Positions 1 through 14,028 of a DNA stretch of 64,000 nucleotides are shown piece after piece. The DNA comes from Callorhinchus milii. Its lineage: Eukaryota. The notes under the pieces are model-generated. The model was not told the DNA's origin, made no database searches, and saw only the letters and a program-made list of their open reading frames with translations. Made by a program: the position numbers and the translations under genes. The DNA lies in contig NW_024704772.1 in the NCBI RefSeq assembly GCF_018977255.1, positions 3,100,001 to 3,164,000 of the forward strand. The letters run 5' to 3'. Position 1 is the stretch's first letter, and each line of letters begins with the position of its first letter.

Positions 1-1396
1 CCCGACCAACTATTGCGGCTTAAACTCACCTGGAAGGTGGTGTAACCTCAGTGCAGGTGAGCTTCTTCCTGTGGCAGATTCCCCTGTCACTCTCCTGTCA
101 GGGTGACGGCAGCAGGAAAAACAGGACCTCCCCTTCAATCTAGTTCCAAATGAACACAGAGTTAGAGGCAATAAAGCAATACATCGTAGAGTTACCAGGG
201 TTACGTCTCTCTGTAATTGTTCCGACCCAACGCCCCACACACACGCACACACCCCTCACCTTCCCTCCTACTTTCTCCTTCTCAGCCCGCCTTGTTCCTC
301 GGGGGGAGAACGTCGACTCAAAACGGCACCAACCCTCACAGGCGCAGAGTTCGTTGGCGCAATTAACTCTCGTCGAATTTAATCCCCGCAGATCGGTCGG
401 CCCATCCCTACACCTGTGCCGGCGCTCTGAAAAAAACTACTGGGATTACTTCTCTCCCCGCCCTTTTGTGTTCAGGTTTGAATATCACGCGCTGGGTACA
501 ATTACAGCACTGTGCTTGATCCCTGCGGTTGATCCAGCGCCTTATCACCTCTTCACGAGCGTCACGGGATTACGCTCCTAATGCCAGCAGCGTGTTTCGT
601 GGGCGAAACGCGGCAGCCAATCGTGCACAGCAGCGTCCCCACAGCCGTGGATTGAGGGACCGCATTTTTTTTGCCCAATCGAAGGGATTATTACCCCCGG
701 AAAGCGATGCGCCAATTGACTAACAACCGGGTTCCTATGTGCTGCTGGGGGAGCGTCCTGGATCGCTTGTCGGTAGCGGAGTCTGACTCCGAGCCGAGAG
801 GGGGGGTGGGGGGGGGGAGAGGAAGGTGACCGTAATCACGAGCAAAAAAGATCTTTAGGTGGGACTTTAGTGACTGAAGGCACGGCCACCGATGGCGGAG
901 TGGAGGGGTTGAGGGCCAAACAGGAGGCCACAGTTACACACGCTTATAAAAGAACCAACTCGAGAGAATTTCGCACAGAGCATCTCACAATAAATTAAGT
1001 CACCCCCACCCGCGCCCGTACCCAGGATCAACCGGGAAAGCTTACGAAGGGTTGAGAGAAATCCGAGGGAATCACGAAAGGTTATTGAAGTCTATTTCTC
1101 TGCATTACGTTGATTTTAAATTGCAGAAGAGGCTCAATGAGTTGCCGGAGCGTGTGTTCGTTCCTCTTCGAAGGTGCCACCCGGTATCGCAGGTGGTTTC
1201 GTTCGGCGGGAATGTGTTTTGACACAAAGATCGAAAGGGAACGGCTTTTAAGGAATGAAACGCCAGCGAAGGGTCGGTAAACACCCCAGAAATTACTGTA
1301 TCCTCCTCCCCCTCGGTCCAATCATCCTCCTTTTTTTTCCACACCCTCACAACAAAGGCTTTCTATTCATCCCTTTACTTCCGTGCTAAAAAAAGG

Positions 1397-1786
1397 AAGT
1401 CCCTGTAGCTCGGTGGTTAGAGCGGTCGCCTTGCGAGCGAGAGGACATGGGTTTGATTCCCGGAGGGGGGTGGGGGGGGTCAGGGCGAAACCTTAGGCAA
1501 GTTTCTTTACTCCCCCCACGGTCACGTCTCTGTTTACCCAGCAGTAAGCAGGAACCCAGTTGCTCTTCGATTGGCGTATCGCTTTCCGGGGTAATAATCC
1601 CTCAATAAAAAAAAAATCAGGTCGCTCAATCCACGACTGTTTGTGGGGATGTTTGTGGGCGCAATCGGCTGCCGCGTTTCGCCCACAAAACGTACAGTCA
1701 AATCACTTTACAGTATGTTCTGGGAAGTGCTTTGAGACGTCTCGACGACGTGATAAGGCTCCGTATCAACTGCAACGATTATTATA
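1397..1786 (+). mobile_element. tRNA-derived SINE, near full-length copy of the dominant family in this window
   Basis: Head has A box TAGCTCGGTGGTTAGAGC and B box GGTTTGATTCC. The body is shared with many other copies. The tail is GAGACGTCTCGACGACGTGATAAGGC followed by (TTA)n. Confidence 0.9.
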
Positions 1787-2372
1787 ACAACTAACCCACC
1801 AATTGCTTTGGAATGAACGAACCAAGCACCAGATCAGGGACTAGATTGGAGACTGAGCTGCTGGTGGAACTCTGGCAGGTTTTATTATTAATAATAATCC
1901 TTGCATTTTGACCCAGTGCCTTCTCACGTCTTCGAGATGTCTCAAAGTGCTTCACAGGACATGCTGTAAAGTGTAGCGACTGTGTATTTTGTGGGCGAAA
2001 CGCGGCAGCCAATTGCGCACAGCGACGTCCCCACAAACTGTCGTGGGTTGAGCGGCCAAATTATTATTACCGTCATCATCATCATCAGAAATAAGACAGG
2101 AGTCTGGGAGAGTGAGTGCTTTGCCATGAAGCTATTTATTGACGGAGAATCCAGGCACAGAGGGCTTCCCACAACGTCCCAGAGGGTTCTGCGGCTCTGC
2201 CCTGTGGAAAAGGCGCTAGGTGAGTGCAAGCTGTTGTTCGGCTCCGACAACTACTTGCTTTTACGCAGCGCTCTTCACGCGGGGCGCCTGACAGTGGCGG
2301 AGTCTCACCCCGAGCTGCGGGGAGAGCTCGGTGGCGGGGAGTGCCAGGAAGAATCTCCGGCAAGTCGGGCGT

Positions 2373-4157
2373 TCATGACCTAGAGACCAGCGTGTGCTGG
2401 TCAAAGAGGTATTCGGCCACGCCCAAGCTCTGCCCAGCGCCCAGCGATGCCAGGCTGCTGCTGTAGTCTCCCAGCATCTGCACCGTCTGCACACAGTGGC
2501 TCAGGAACCGCGAGGCCAGGAAGTCACACAGCTGCAAACAACAAGGTGGGAAGTTCTGTAAACGCTTCAGGAATTACTGTATCCGGTCTCCTGCTCAGCA
2601 CAATCATCCGACACAGGGTACAACTTGAGTGGGTGGGTGAGTGAGGGAGTGTGGGAAGTGAGGAGTGAGAGAGTGAATGAGAGAGAGTGAGTGTGGGAGT
2701 GAGGAGTGAATGAGTGAGAATGAGTGAGAGAATGAGTGAGAGAGAGTGCGGGAGTGAAGGAGCGTGGGAGAGAGTGAGTGAGAGCGTGGGAGTGAGTGAG
2801 TGAGCGAGCGAGTGAAAGAGAGAGAGCAAGAGAGAGTGAGGCCACATACTTGAGGATCATTCCTGTCGGCAGCGAGGTGGTGTAGTTCTTGGAGAGACTG
2901 GTTGAGGGATTTCTGTAATTGCAGAGCACACTGCAACGCCTCCAGTCCATTCTGCCACTCACTCTGGGCTGGCTTCTGCGTGAATAAAACAGCTCAGATC
3001 ATATCACGGTTGGCAGAGGGGGAGAGGGAGAAAAACATGGCCTTGCAGGGCTGTTAATAATAACAATAATCCTCACATATGATACAGGCCTTATCAGGTC
3101 TTCGAGAAGTCTCAAAGCGCTTCACAGGATGTACTGTAAAGTGCAGTGACTGTATACTTTGTGGGTGAAACGCGGCAGCCAATTGCGCACAGAAGCGTCC
3201 CCACAAACAGTCGCGGATTGTGTGGCCAATTTATTCTTTTTTTTTAGTGATTACCCCCGGAAAAGCGATCCGCCAATCGACTAACAACCGGGTTCCTTTC
3301 TGGGTAAACAGAGGCGCGTGTGTGTGGGGAGGAAGGAAACTTGCCCAATGTTTCGCCCCGGCCCGGGAATTGAACACAGGTTTCTCGCTTGCGAGGCGAG
3401 TGTTCTAACCACTGAGTTCCAGGACTAATGAGATGACGCACATACCTCAACGCTCTGCAGGTACATTCTCCCCCCGCGCCTCTTCTGATAGTCGATAAGC
3501 TCCTCGGCGGCTCTCCGTTCAGCTTCCGACATCCCGTGGAAAAACCTCGCAAAATGTTTCAGTGCTACATCATCACGTTCAAAGAAGAATGACTGGAATG
3601 AGAAGTAATCATTAGAGACAGTAAAGCTCCCTCTACACTGTGTGTCCACACTCCCAGGTCAGGGGTAGAGACACAGTAAAGCTCCCTCTACACTGTGCGT
3701 CCACACTCCCAGGTCAGGGGTAGAGACACAGTAAAGCTCCCTCTACACTGTGCGTCCACACTCCCAGGTCAGGGTCAGACACAGTAAAGCTCCGTCTACA
3801 CTGTGTGTCCACACTCCCAGGTCAGGGTCAGACACAGTAAAGCTCCCTCTACACTGAATGTCCACACTCCCAGGTCAGGGTCAGAGAGACAGTAAAGCTC
3901 AATGCATTACATTTACACGGCGCCTTTCACATCGGGAGGACGTCCCAAGATGCTGGTCTGCCAACAATTTGGACTCGAGCTGGGGGTTGGGATTAGGAGG
4001 GGTGGAGGGCAGGGAGGTGCAGTAACGTTAGCTAAGTGCTGGAGAGGTCACTCACCATAGCCAGGTACACGTAGGACGTGTAATACTCCTGGTTTATGAG
4101 CCGATTGATTGCTCTCTCACAGTCCGGGCAGTAGTTCTGTCTGATCCGAGACTCCAT
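2373..4157 (-). CDS. Ferritin paralog A, divergent, ferroxidase-deficient (177 aa, 4 coding exons)
   Basis: Exons 4157-4056 (102 nt), 3592-3446 (147), 2975-2850 (126) and 2531-2373 (159, with TGA), all GT-AG and phase 0, matching the vertebrate ferritin layout. Protein: [177 protein letters not shown]. Minus-strand AATAAA at 2135-2140. Confidence 0.93.
3058..3426 (-). mobile_element. tRNA-derived SINE copy
   Basis: Reverse complement of the same head, body and tail; lies in an intron of ferritin A. Boundaries approximate. Confidence 0.85.
3611..3901. repeat. Minisatellite, about 52-53 bp unit, about 5.5 copies, in an intron of ferritin A
   Basis: Near-identical direct repeats of ACAGTAAAGCTCCCTCTACACTGTG(T/C)GTCCACACTCCCAGGTCAGGG, with no unique spacers. 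Confidence 0.95.
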
Positions 4158-4290
4158 TGTCGGCAGGAGAGATCGACAGAACTCTCTCTAACTGTCTTCT
4201 ACCCTCTGGGGAGTGCCTGCAGGAGGGGCCGAGCTCTGAGACTGTCAGTTTGTCACACAAGGCAGACAAGCCACCCACCCACCCACAGGG

Positions 4291-4659
4291 TAATAATAAT
4301 AATCCTTGCATTTGATACAGCGCCTTATCACGTTTCAAAATGTCTCAAAGCGCTTCACGGAATAGACTGTAAAGTGAATTGACTGTATATTTTGTGGGCG
4401 AAACGCGACAGCCAATTGCGCACAGCGGCGTCCCCACAAACAGTCGGGGATTGAAGTGACTAATTTATTATTTTGAAGGCATTATTAACCCGGAAAAGCG
4501 ATCCGACAATCGACTAACAACCTTGTTTCTACATACTGCTGGTAAACAGAGACGTGTTGGAGTAAGGAAACTTGCCCAACGTTTTTCCCTGACCCCTGGG
4601 AATCGAACCCAGGTCCTCTCGCTTGCGAGGCGAGGGCTCTAACCACTGAGCAACAGGAC
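4291..4659 (-). mobile_element. tRNA-derived SINE copy
   Basis: Same family: (TAA)n tail at the left, tRNA-like head at the right. Boundaries approximate. Confidence 0.85.
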
Positions 4660-5339
4660 AACACTTAGGAAATCTTAGAGACGGAGTAATGCTCCCTCTA
4701 CACTGTCTGCCCAGTCGGTGCTGCAATGATTAATGCTGTAATTAAAGCTATATTCTGGGAGAGGGATGAAATCAAATGGGCTGAAGGTTTAATTTGTTGT
4801 ACTTCTGTCATAATCTTGGGGCAGGAAAAATTTTAACACACACACCCCGTGAGGATCATCTGTTCTACCAGACTTTGAGACGTCTCGACAACACAGCACC
4901 TCGGGAGGGCTGGGTGGGAGGGGGGCGGTCAGTAAGTGAGCCCAAGGACCCTCAGAGCTTCCCTTACATTCGCTTTAACAAAAACCGCGAACGAAAATGG
5001 CGAGAGACAAGCAGACGTTCTAACGGTTTGTTATCAGTAGCCCCCTGGGAGGTGTGGGCTGGGCAGATACTCTGTGATGGCAGGGCGCTGCCCAACACTG
5101 ATGCACGCAAGCCACGAAAAGATAGGAAGAAGATCATGCATCTTTATAAAACTCTCTACATAATAATGCAAACAATCCTTGCGCTTGACACAGCACCTCT
5201 TCATTTCATTCCTTCGTCTCAAAGCTTTTCACGAATACATCGGAAAGTTCAGTGACTGTATTTTGTGGGCGAAATGCGGCAGCCAATTTCTCATTGCAAT
5301 GTCCCCCCACAAACAGCCATGTCGTTGAGTGACCGACCG

Positions 5340-5600
5340 ATTGTCGGCCAGGATACCGGGAGAGAGAAACTCCCTTCTCTTTCCCAACAGCGGGAGATCT
5401 TTAACATCCACCTGAACGGGCAGATTGGGTGTGAGGTTTAACGTCTCATCCGAAGGACGGCATCTCTGACAACGCGCCCCCTCCAGCGCTGCACTGGAGC
5501 ATCAGCTTAGACTGTGTGATTCCAAGTCCTGGAGCTTGAACCCACACGCTCAGAAATGAAAGCGAGAGGGTGGGGGGAGCGCTACCACTGAGCCAAGCAT
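5340..5600 (-). mobile_element. Older SINE fragment, probably Deu-domain (DeuSINE/SacSINE1-like)
   Basis: Reverse complement reads GATGCCGTCCTTCGGATGAGACGTTAAACC...CAGGTGGATGTTAAAGATC. Related copies at about 5690-5830, 29440-29550, 52620-52745 and 53000-53070. Family assignment is from memory of the Deu domain. Confidence 0.55.
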
Positions 5601-7844
5601 TGAACGGTCTTTATAGAAATTACTAGCAAGCGTAGTGACTGTTTTTGTAGGCAAGCTGTCTGCACACAGTAAGTATCCTTACGTGGGGGATTGCTGGCCA
5701 GGACACAGGGAGAAACTCCTATATATTCACCAATGTCAGTGGAGCTTTATCACCCGCAGGAACTTGGTTTAACATACCACCTGAAGGTTGCCACCTTTGG
5801 TAATGCAGCACCGCTCACAGCATTGCAAGGAAAAGTGGGGAGCGCCACTTAGAATTCATCTTTTTTATGAATAACTTTTTTTGACGCAATCATATGAGGT
5901 ACTGGATAGGGAGCCCACCTGTGCGCAATTGGCACACAATACACAGGCTATTCACTTTACTTTACAGTGTATCCTGTGAAGTGCTTTGAGACGTCTCGAC
6001 GATGTGATCAAGCGCTGTGTCAAACACAAGGATTATTATCATCATTCTTACTCTGTAAGAACCCAGTGCCACCACTAGAAGGCTTCATCTGCAGGAGCTC
6101 CTCACTCCCCAAGTGTTAAATGCTGTATCGTGGGGACAAAGTGGAGCTCGGGTTGATAAGAGATGTTTTCCATCCCAACCTCTGATCTCTGTGTAACATG
6201 AAGCAGCTCTGCACACGTTGCCAGGGGCCTAGTCTAGGAAACAAACACTCTGAGTAGAAGAGACAGGCAAAGCAGGGGCTGGAAAAATAAGACTTATCTT
6301 ATAAGATACAGGGTAATAATAATAACCCTTGTATTTGATACAGCGCCTTATCACGTCTTCGAGACACCTCCAAGCGCTTCACAGGACATACTGTAAAGTG
6401 CAGTGACTGTGTGTTTTGTGGGCGAAAGGCGGTAGTCAATTGCGCACAGCAGGGTCCCCACAAACAGTCATTTGTGAACCTGCTGGAGTAAAAGCGCCCT
6501 GGGACGCTACCCCACGTGAACAGTGCTATGTAAATGCAAGTTGTTGTTGTTGTTGAATGTGAGTGAAGTCCTGTAATAAAACAACCACACAGTCAACTGC
6601 CAGATTGGAAAGTGCTGTCACACACAGTACAAGCAATAAAGACCTTGTGATTTAATCGATGCAACTTCTCACCTTTGGAACGTGGTCCAGTTCAACAGCT
6701 CAAATATTAAAGGGCATTTTATTCAGTAAGGTGTCAACAACAACAACTCGTGTTCACACAGCAGTGTAACATCCCAGAGTGCTTGACCAGAGCCACAGAG
6801 GAGGAGGTGACCGTACGAATAGGAATGTCTTAAGGCGCGACTTGAAGATGGGGAAGGAAGGGGCAAGGCATAGGGATAGGGGAAGAGTGCTACAGAGTTT
6901 CAGGGCGTAGTAGCTGAAGCGCGGCCATCAATGGTGGAACAGGCGGCACGAGGGACATGCAGAAGGCCGGAGCCGATTCAGAGAGGCCATCCTTCTGATG
7001 AGCCATTAAACTGAGGCCCTCTCTACCTTTTCAGTTGAGCGTTAATTCACCTGATATTGTCCCAGAGTGCTTAAGAGATACCAGACAGGGAAGAAAAACA
7101 ATGGACAGCCAAACACTGGAAGAGAGAGCGAGAAGATAATAGTAATAATAATCCTTGCATTTGATATAGCGCCAGATAACGGCTTTGAGACGTCTCAAAG
7201 CGCTTCACAGAATATACTGCAAAGTGAATTGACTGTATTTTGTGAGCAAAATGTGGCAGCCAATCGCGCACAGCAGCTTCCCCACAAACAGTCGTGGATT
7301 GAGTGACCCAATTTATTATTGCTTTCTTTGAAGGAATTATGACCATCGGAAAAGCGATCCGCCAATCGGCCAACAACCAGGTTCCTACTTACTGCTGGGT
7401 AACAGAGGCGTGTGGAGTAGGGAAACCTGCCGGTAGATGACAGGGCGAATAGTGTTCCATAGTGTGGGGGCAGAGAGATTGAACGCCCGCTTGCGACCGA
7501 GTGCTCTAACCATTGAGCTACAGGACTCCACACCGTTCCTGGACCCCGGGGTTTAAATCACTATTATAAAAACATCCTGTAGCATCTTCCGAGAGCGCTG
7601 GCAATTGAGAAATGCTCACACTAAAGCCGTTTGACCTCAGTAACACAAACAAGGTGATTGTCGTAACCTTTGTTACTCAGCTGATCCAGGCACAATTTGG
7701 AGCCAAAACTAACCTCTCGTCACAAACTGGTTAGTTATTTATCAGCGTTCAATGTGACTCGAATAAAATATCCGACTAATTGGAGCGCACTGTAAGGCAG
7801 TCACAGGCAAGCTGATCAATGTCGGTAACAGCCACGTATCAACA

Positions 7845-8190
7845 ACAACAATAAAATTACATTTATATGACGCCTTTCATATCGGGAGGACGTCCCAAGG
7901 CGCTGGACAGCCAGGGGTTTTTGGACCCGAGCTGGGAGTTGGGGTCAGGAGGGAGGGCAGGGGAGATCGGGGTTGGGAGTGTGGCCGAAACCACGGTCGA
8001 AGAGGATGGTCTTTAGACTGGAATTGAAGCAGGCAAGAGAGGGAGTGAGGCGGAGGGATCGTGGGATAGAGTTCCATAGTGTGGGGGCAGAGAGGCTGAA
8101 TGCCCGACCGCCAATGCTAGGGCGGGAAGTGCGGGGAAGCTGACAGACTGATACGGGGTTAGGAAGTCGGAGAGGGTAGGAGGGGGAACT
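7845..8190 (-). mobile_element. L2-clade LINE 3' fragment
   Basis: Translates as [21 protein letters not shown]...FNSSLKTILF, typical of the L2 ORF2 C-terminus, followed by a GGGACGTCCTCCCGA stem-loop and a (TTG)n tail. Confidence 0.8.
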
Positions 8191-8552
8191 AGACTGTGTC
8201 GCTGCTGCATTTCTGGCTACAAAGCTTACAGCCAATTCACTTTACAGTGCAGGCTGTGAAGCGCTTTGAGACGTCCCGAAGACGTGAATGAGGCTCTGTA
8301 TCAAATGCAAGGATTATTATGATGCATTATTATTTTTACGAACAGAATCTCAGGCCTTTGAGCCACACAAAAACAAATCAGCGGTGCTTTTGACATCACA
8401 TCACTGCGTTTTATTTCTATCCGTCTCCCTTTCCTCACCCGTTTGAGTCCTTGATCCAGACACGGGACAATGAGTCCACTGCACCTTGACCCTTGCCCAT
8501 GTTGTCATTAACCGAGGGAGGGGGGGGGGTGGACGAGCAGACAGTAGCATTG

Positions 8553-8563
8553 TGCTGAGTCAC
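8553..8563 (-). promoter_or_regulatory. Antioxidant response element / MARE (Nrf2/Bach1-sMaf site) upstream of ferritin B
   Basis: TGCTGAGTCAC reads GTGACTCAGCA on the minus strand, an exact RTGACTCAGCA consensus about 75 bp upstream of the TATA box. Mammalian ferritin genes are known ARE targets. Confidence 0.7.
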
Positions 8564-8633
8564 GATGGGGAGGGAAAGGGGTGGCGGGGTGGGGAGAGAG
8601 AGGAGGGAGGGGCATGCACTGGCTCCGAGCAGC

Positions 8634-8640
8634 TATAAAT
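8634..8640 (+). promoter_or_regulatory. TATA box of ferritin B
   Basis: TATAAAT about 40 nt upstream of the IRE, which places the IRE close to the cap. Confidence 0.75.
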
Positions 8641-8675
8641 ACCAGTTTAGAATAGACAGCTCAATATTTTAGGCC

Positions 8676-8704
8676 GTTCTTGCTTCAACAGTGTTTGAAC
8701 GGAA
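8676..8704 (+). promoter_or_regulatory. Iron-responsive element (IRE) in the 5' UTR of ferritin B
   Basis: GTTCTTG-C-TTCAA-CAGTGT-TTGAA-CGGAA: C bulge in TGC context, perfect 5-bp upper stem TTCAA/TTGAA and a CAGUGN loop. Confidence 0.96.
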
Positions 8705-8794
8705 TAGCGCTCAAACTGCTCGGAGAATTTACCCCTCGCTGTCTTCCTTCCTACTCTTTATTGCTCTCTTGTGCGACTGCAAAGCAGATCAGAC

Positions 8795-11550
<2,756 letters not shown>

Positions 11551-12861
11551 AAGCAAGGGCTGGGGAAAGCCACTAACACGCACCCTGGTGTGTAGCTGTG
11601 TTAGTGTTATCTAGCAGCCATGCTATCTAGCATCCAAAACAGAAAGCTCTTTTTTTTGTTGCTTTGCCTCTACTGTTCAGCACAAATTAATTCAGCACGG
11701 ATCACTTTTCTGGGGGTGGGGGGGATAATAATTCCTTTAACACACACAAACAAAAATTAATTTGGCCACTTGGTCTGCGAACGTTTGCGCAACTCATCCC
11801 ACAAAACACACAGTCAATTCACTTCACAGTGAAGCGCTTTGAAAGACTCGAAGACTTGATCAAGGATTATTATTACATAATATAATAACGCACAGCATCT
11901 TTCGGCTGTCTGTTGGGGGGGGGGGGGGTGTAATGGCTCATGCCTGAGTAGCAGCTCAATCTCTTTGTAAACGAGAAATACAAATAAAGTTCAAGACAGC
12001 GACCCTTTGGCTCCTGAGTCAATGAATTAACGTCAAACTGCTGGGTAAATAAGATTCCTATCAGCAACGCACAGGAACCTGCTGACTTCAAACACACACT
12101 CGTCAGACACAGAGGCAGCTCGGAATACGGTCACATTTAAACCGTTAAACCTTGAACGCTGGATTTCTTTGTCAAAGACAAATATTACTTCGTTCCTGCA
12201 ATCTCGCTTCACCAAAACACAGACACAAAGCCGCCACTGGGACACAACGTTCCAGCCCTGAATACCACCTGGTCCTAGCCTCGAAGACCATTTTGTTGTT
12301 TTTTGGGCAAAACCAAATCCCTTTTGTAAGGTAATAATCCCATCGAAACAATAATAATCTGGTCACTCAATCCACGACCGTTCGTGGAACGCTGCTGTGT
12401 GCAATTGGCTGCCGCGTTTCGCCCACAAATACATAGTCAATTCACTCTACAGTGTATTCTACAGTGTATTCTGTGAAGCGCTCAAGGACATCGCCATCTC
12501 CACGATTTGTCTCCGTGCCCAAAGTTGCTTCACGTCCCAAAAATCTGCATAATCATAAATTCTGGAACAAAATGGTGTTATAGGGCTGGGTGGAGCTTGA
12601 GAACTATTGTCCCCAGAGCTGAATCCAGCCCAGCCCGACAGGAAGAAATTCTCTTGTCTATATTTATCCTTTTACTTAATAAACAGGTTTGTAGGAATTC
12701 TCTTACCTGGATCTTATCCTATCCCATATTCTCCGTAGTGCTGAGTCCGACATTCACTCCGAAAGCCAGGTTTTCAGCCAGAAGTAAGGAGAAGACCTGG
12801 AACAAGAAATGGCCATTCGGCCTATAAAACCACTCACCGCCAAAGCAACACAACCATTTCC

Positions 12862-13190
12862 TGTCCTGTAGCTCAGTGGTTAGAGCACTCGCCTCGCAAG
12901 CGAGAGAACTCAGTTTAATTCCCGGGCAGGGTGAAATCTTAGGCAAGTTTCCTTACTCCTCTGTCAGTAAGTAGGAACCCGGTTGTTAGGCGATTTGCAG
13001 TTCGTTTTTCTGGGAGTAATAATTCCTTCAAAAAAAAATAATTTGGTCAGTTCAATCCACCACTGTTTGTGGGGACGCTGCTGTGCACAGTTGGCTGCCG
13101 CGTTTCATCTACAAAATATACAGTCAATTCACTTTACAGTATATTCCGTGAAGCGCTTTGAGATGTCTCGAAAATGTGATAAGGCGCTGA
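12862..13190 (+). mobile_element. tRNA-derived SINE copy
   Basis: Head GTCCTGTAGCTCAGTGGTTAGAGCACTCGCCTCGCAAGCGAG through to the tail stem-loop. Confidence 0.85.
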
Positions 13191-13914
13191 TAAGGGCGTC
13201 AACGACGTCTCCATCTCCACAATTTGTCTCCGTGCCCAAGGTTGCTTCAGTAACAAAGCTTTGTTAACCAAGTAGCTTTATTCCTGCTATGTTTGTGTTT
13301 CAGTGCAACAGTGCTTGAGTTCTTTACTTGTGCAACTGGTCAGACATCCCTCCTGCCCCCCCACCCATCTCCACCCCCTCCCAAATCTGCTGACCAGCCT
13401 AAGAGAATAACATTTAAAATTGAACTAGACAGGTCACTGACCCTGGACTGTGAGCAACAAACGAGCAACAAACTTCCATGTTTACCACACTTATCACGAG
13501 TTTTACTGTAATCGGTGTTACGTAATTGCCCAATGTACTCAATTCACTTTACAGTGTATCCTGTGAAGTGTTTTGAGACGTCCCGAAGACGTAATAAGGC
13601 GCTGTATCAAATGCAAGGATTATTATTATTATGTGTAGTGCCTTTTTGTGGCAGCCATTTTGTGTGTTGCAAGGTCCCACATGAGTCGAATTGCCAATTC
13701 AGTGGATTTGTTAGCCACGGCACTGGGAGAAACTCCCATCTCTTCCCGATAGTTGTACCCTTAACCCCCTCAAAAGAACTGGAGCGTAAAAGTTAACAAG
13801 AATTCAAACTTATTCACATAACTTGTGCATAATGTCTCAATATGCTTTACAAGGGCCGTGTGAACCACCAAACAAAGTGAAAAGAGGAAAGGAGCAAAGT
13901 GACAATATTAAGCA

Positions 13915-14028
13915 TTAAGCGATACAGGGAATGGGCAGGTAATTGGACTTGAGGTACAGAACAACCATGATCTTACAGTATGACAAAACAGGCTTGAGGG
14001 GCTGAATGGCCTCCTCCTGTTTCTATTT
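13915..14028 (+). mobile_element. CR1-type LINE (or its partner SINE) 3' tail fragment
   Basis: Motif ACAGGCTTGAGGGGCTGAATGGCCTCCTCCTGTT recurs at about 27320-27360, 49150-49190 and 54118-54158, and reversed at about 18630 and 43060. Family call is from memory of shark CR1 tails. Confidence 0.6.

Noticed and set aside
30-210. Possible minus-strand exon (acceptor near 211, donor GTGAGT at 29) of a gene continuing left of the window, with CpG-rich sequence at about 300-1300
   Set aside because: No recognisable protein similarity and no second exon in view, so it cannot be supported from this window.
3611-3901. Regularly spaced direct repeats resembling a CRISPR array
   Set aside because: No unique spacers, no cas genes, and the repeats lie in a eukaryotic intron; this is a minisatellite.
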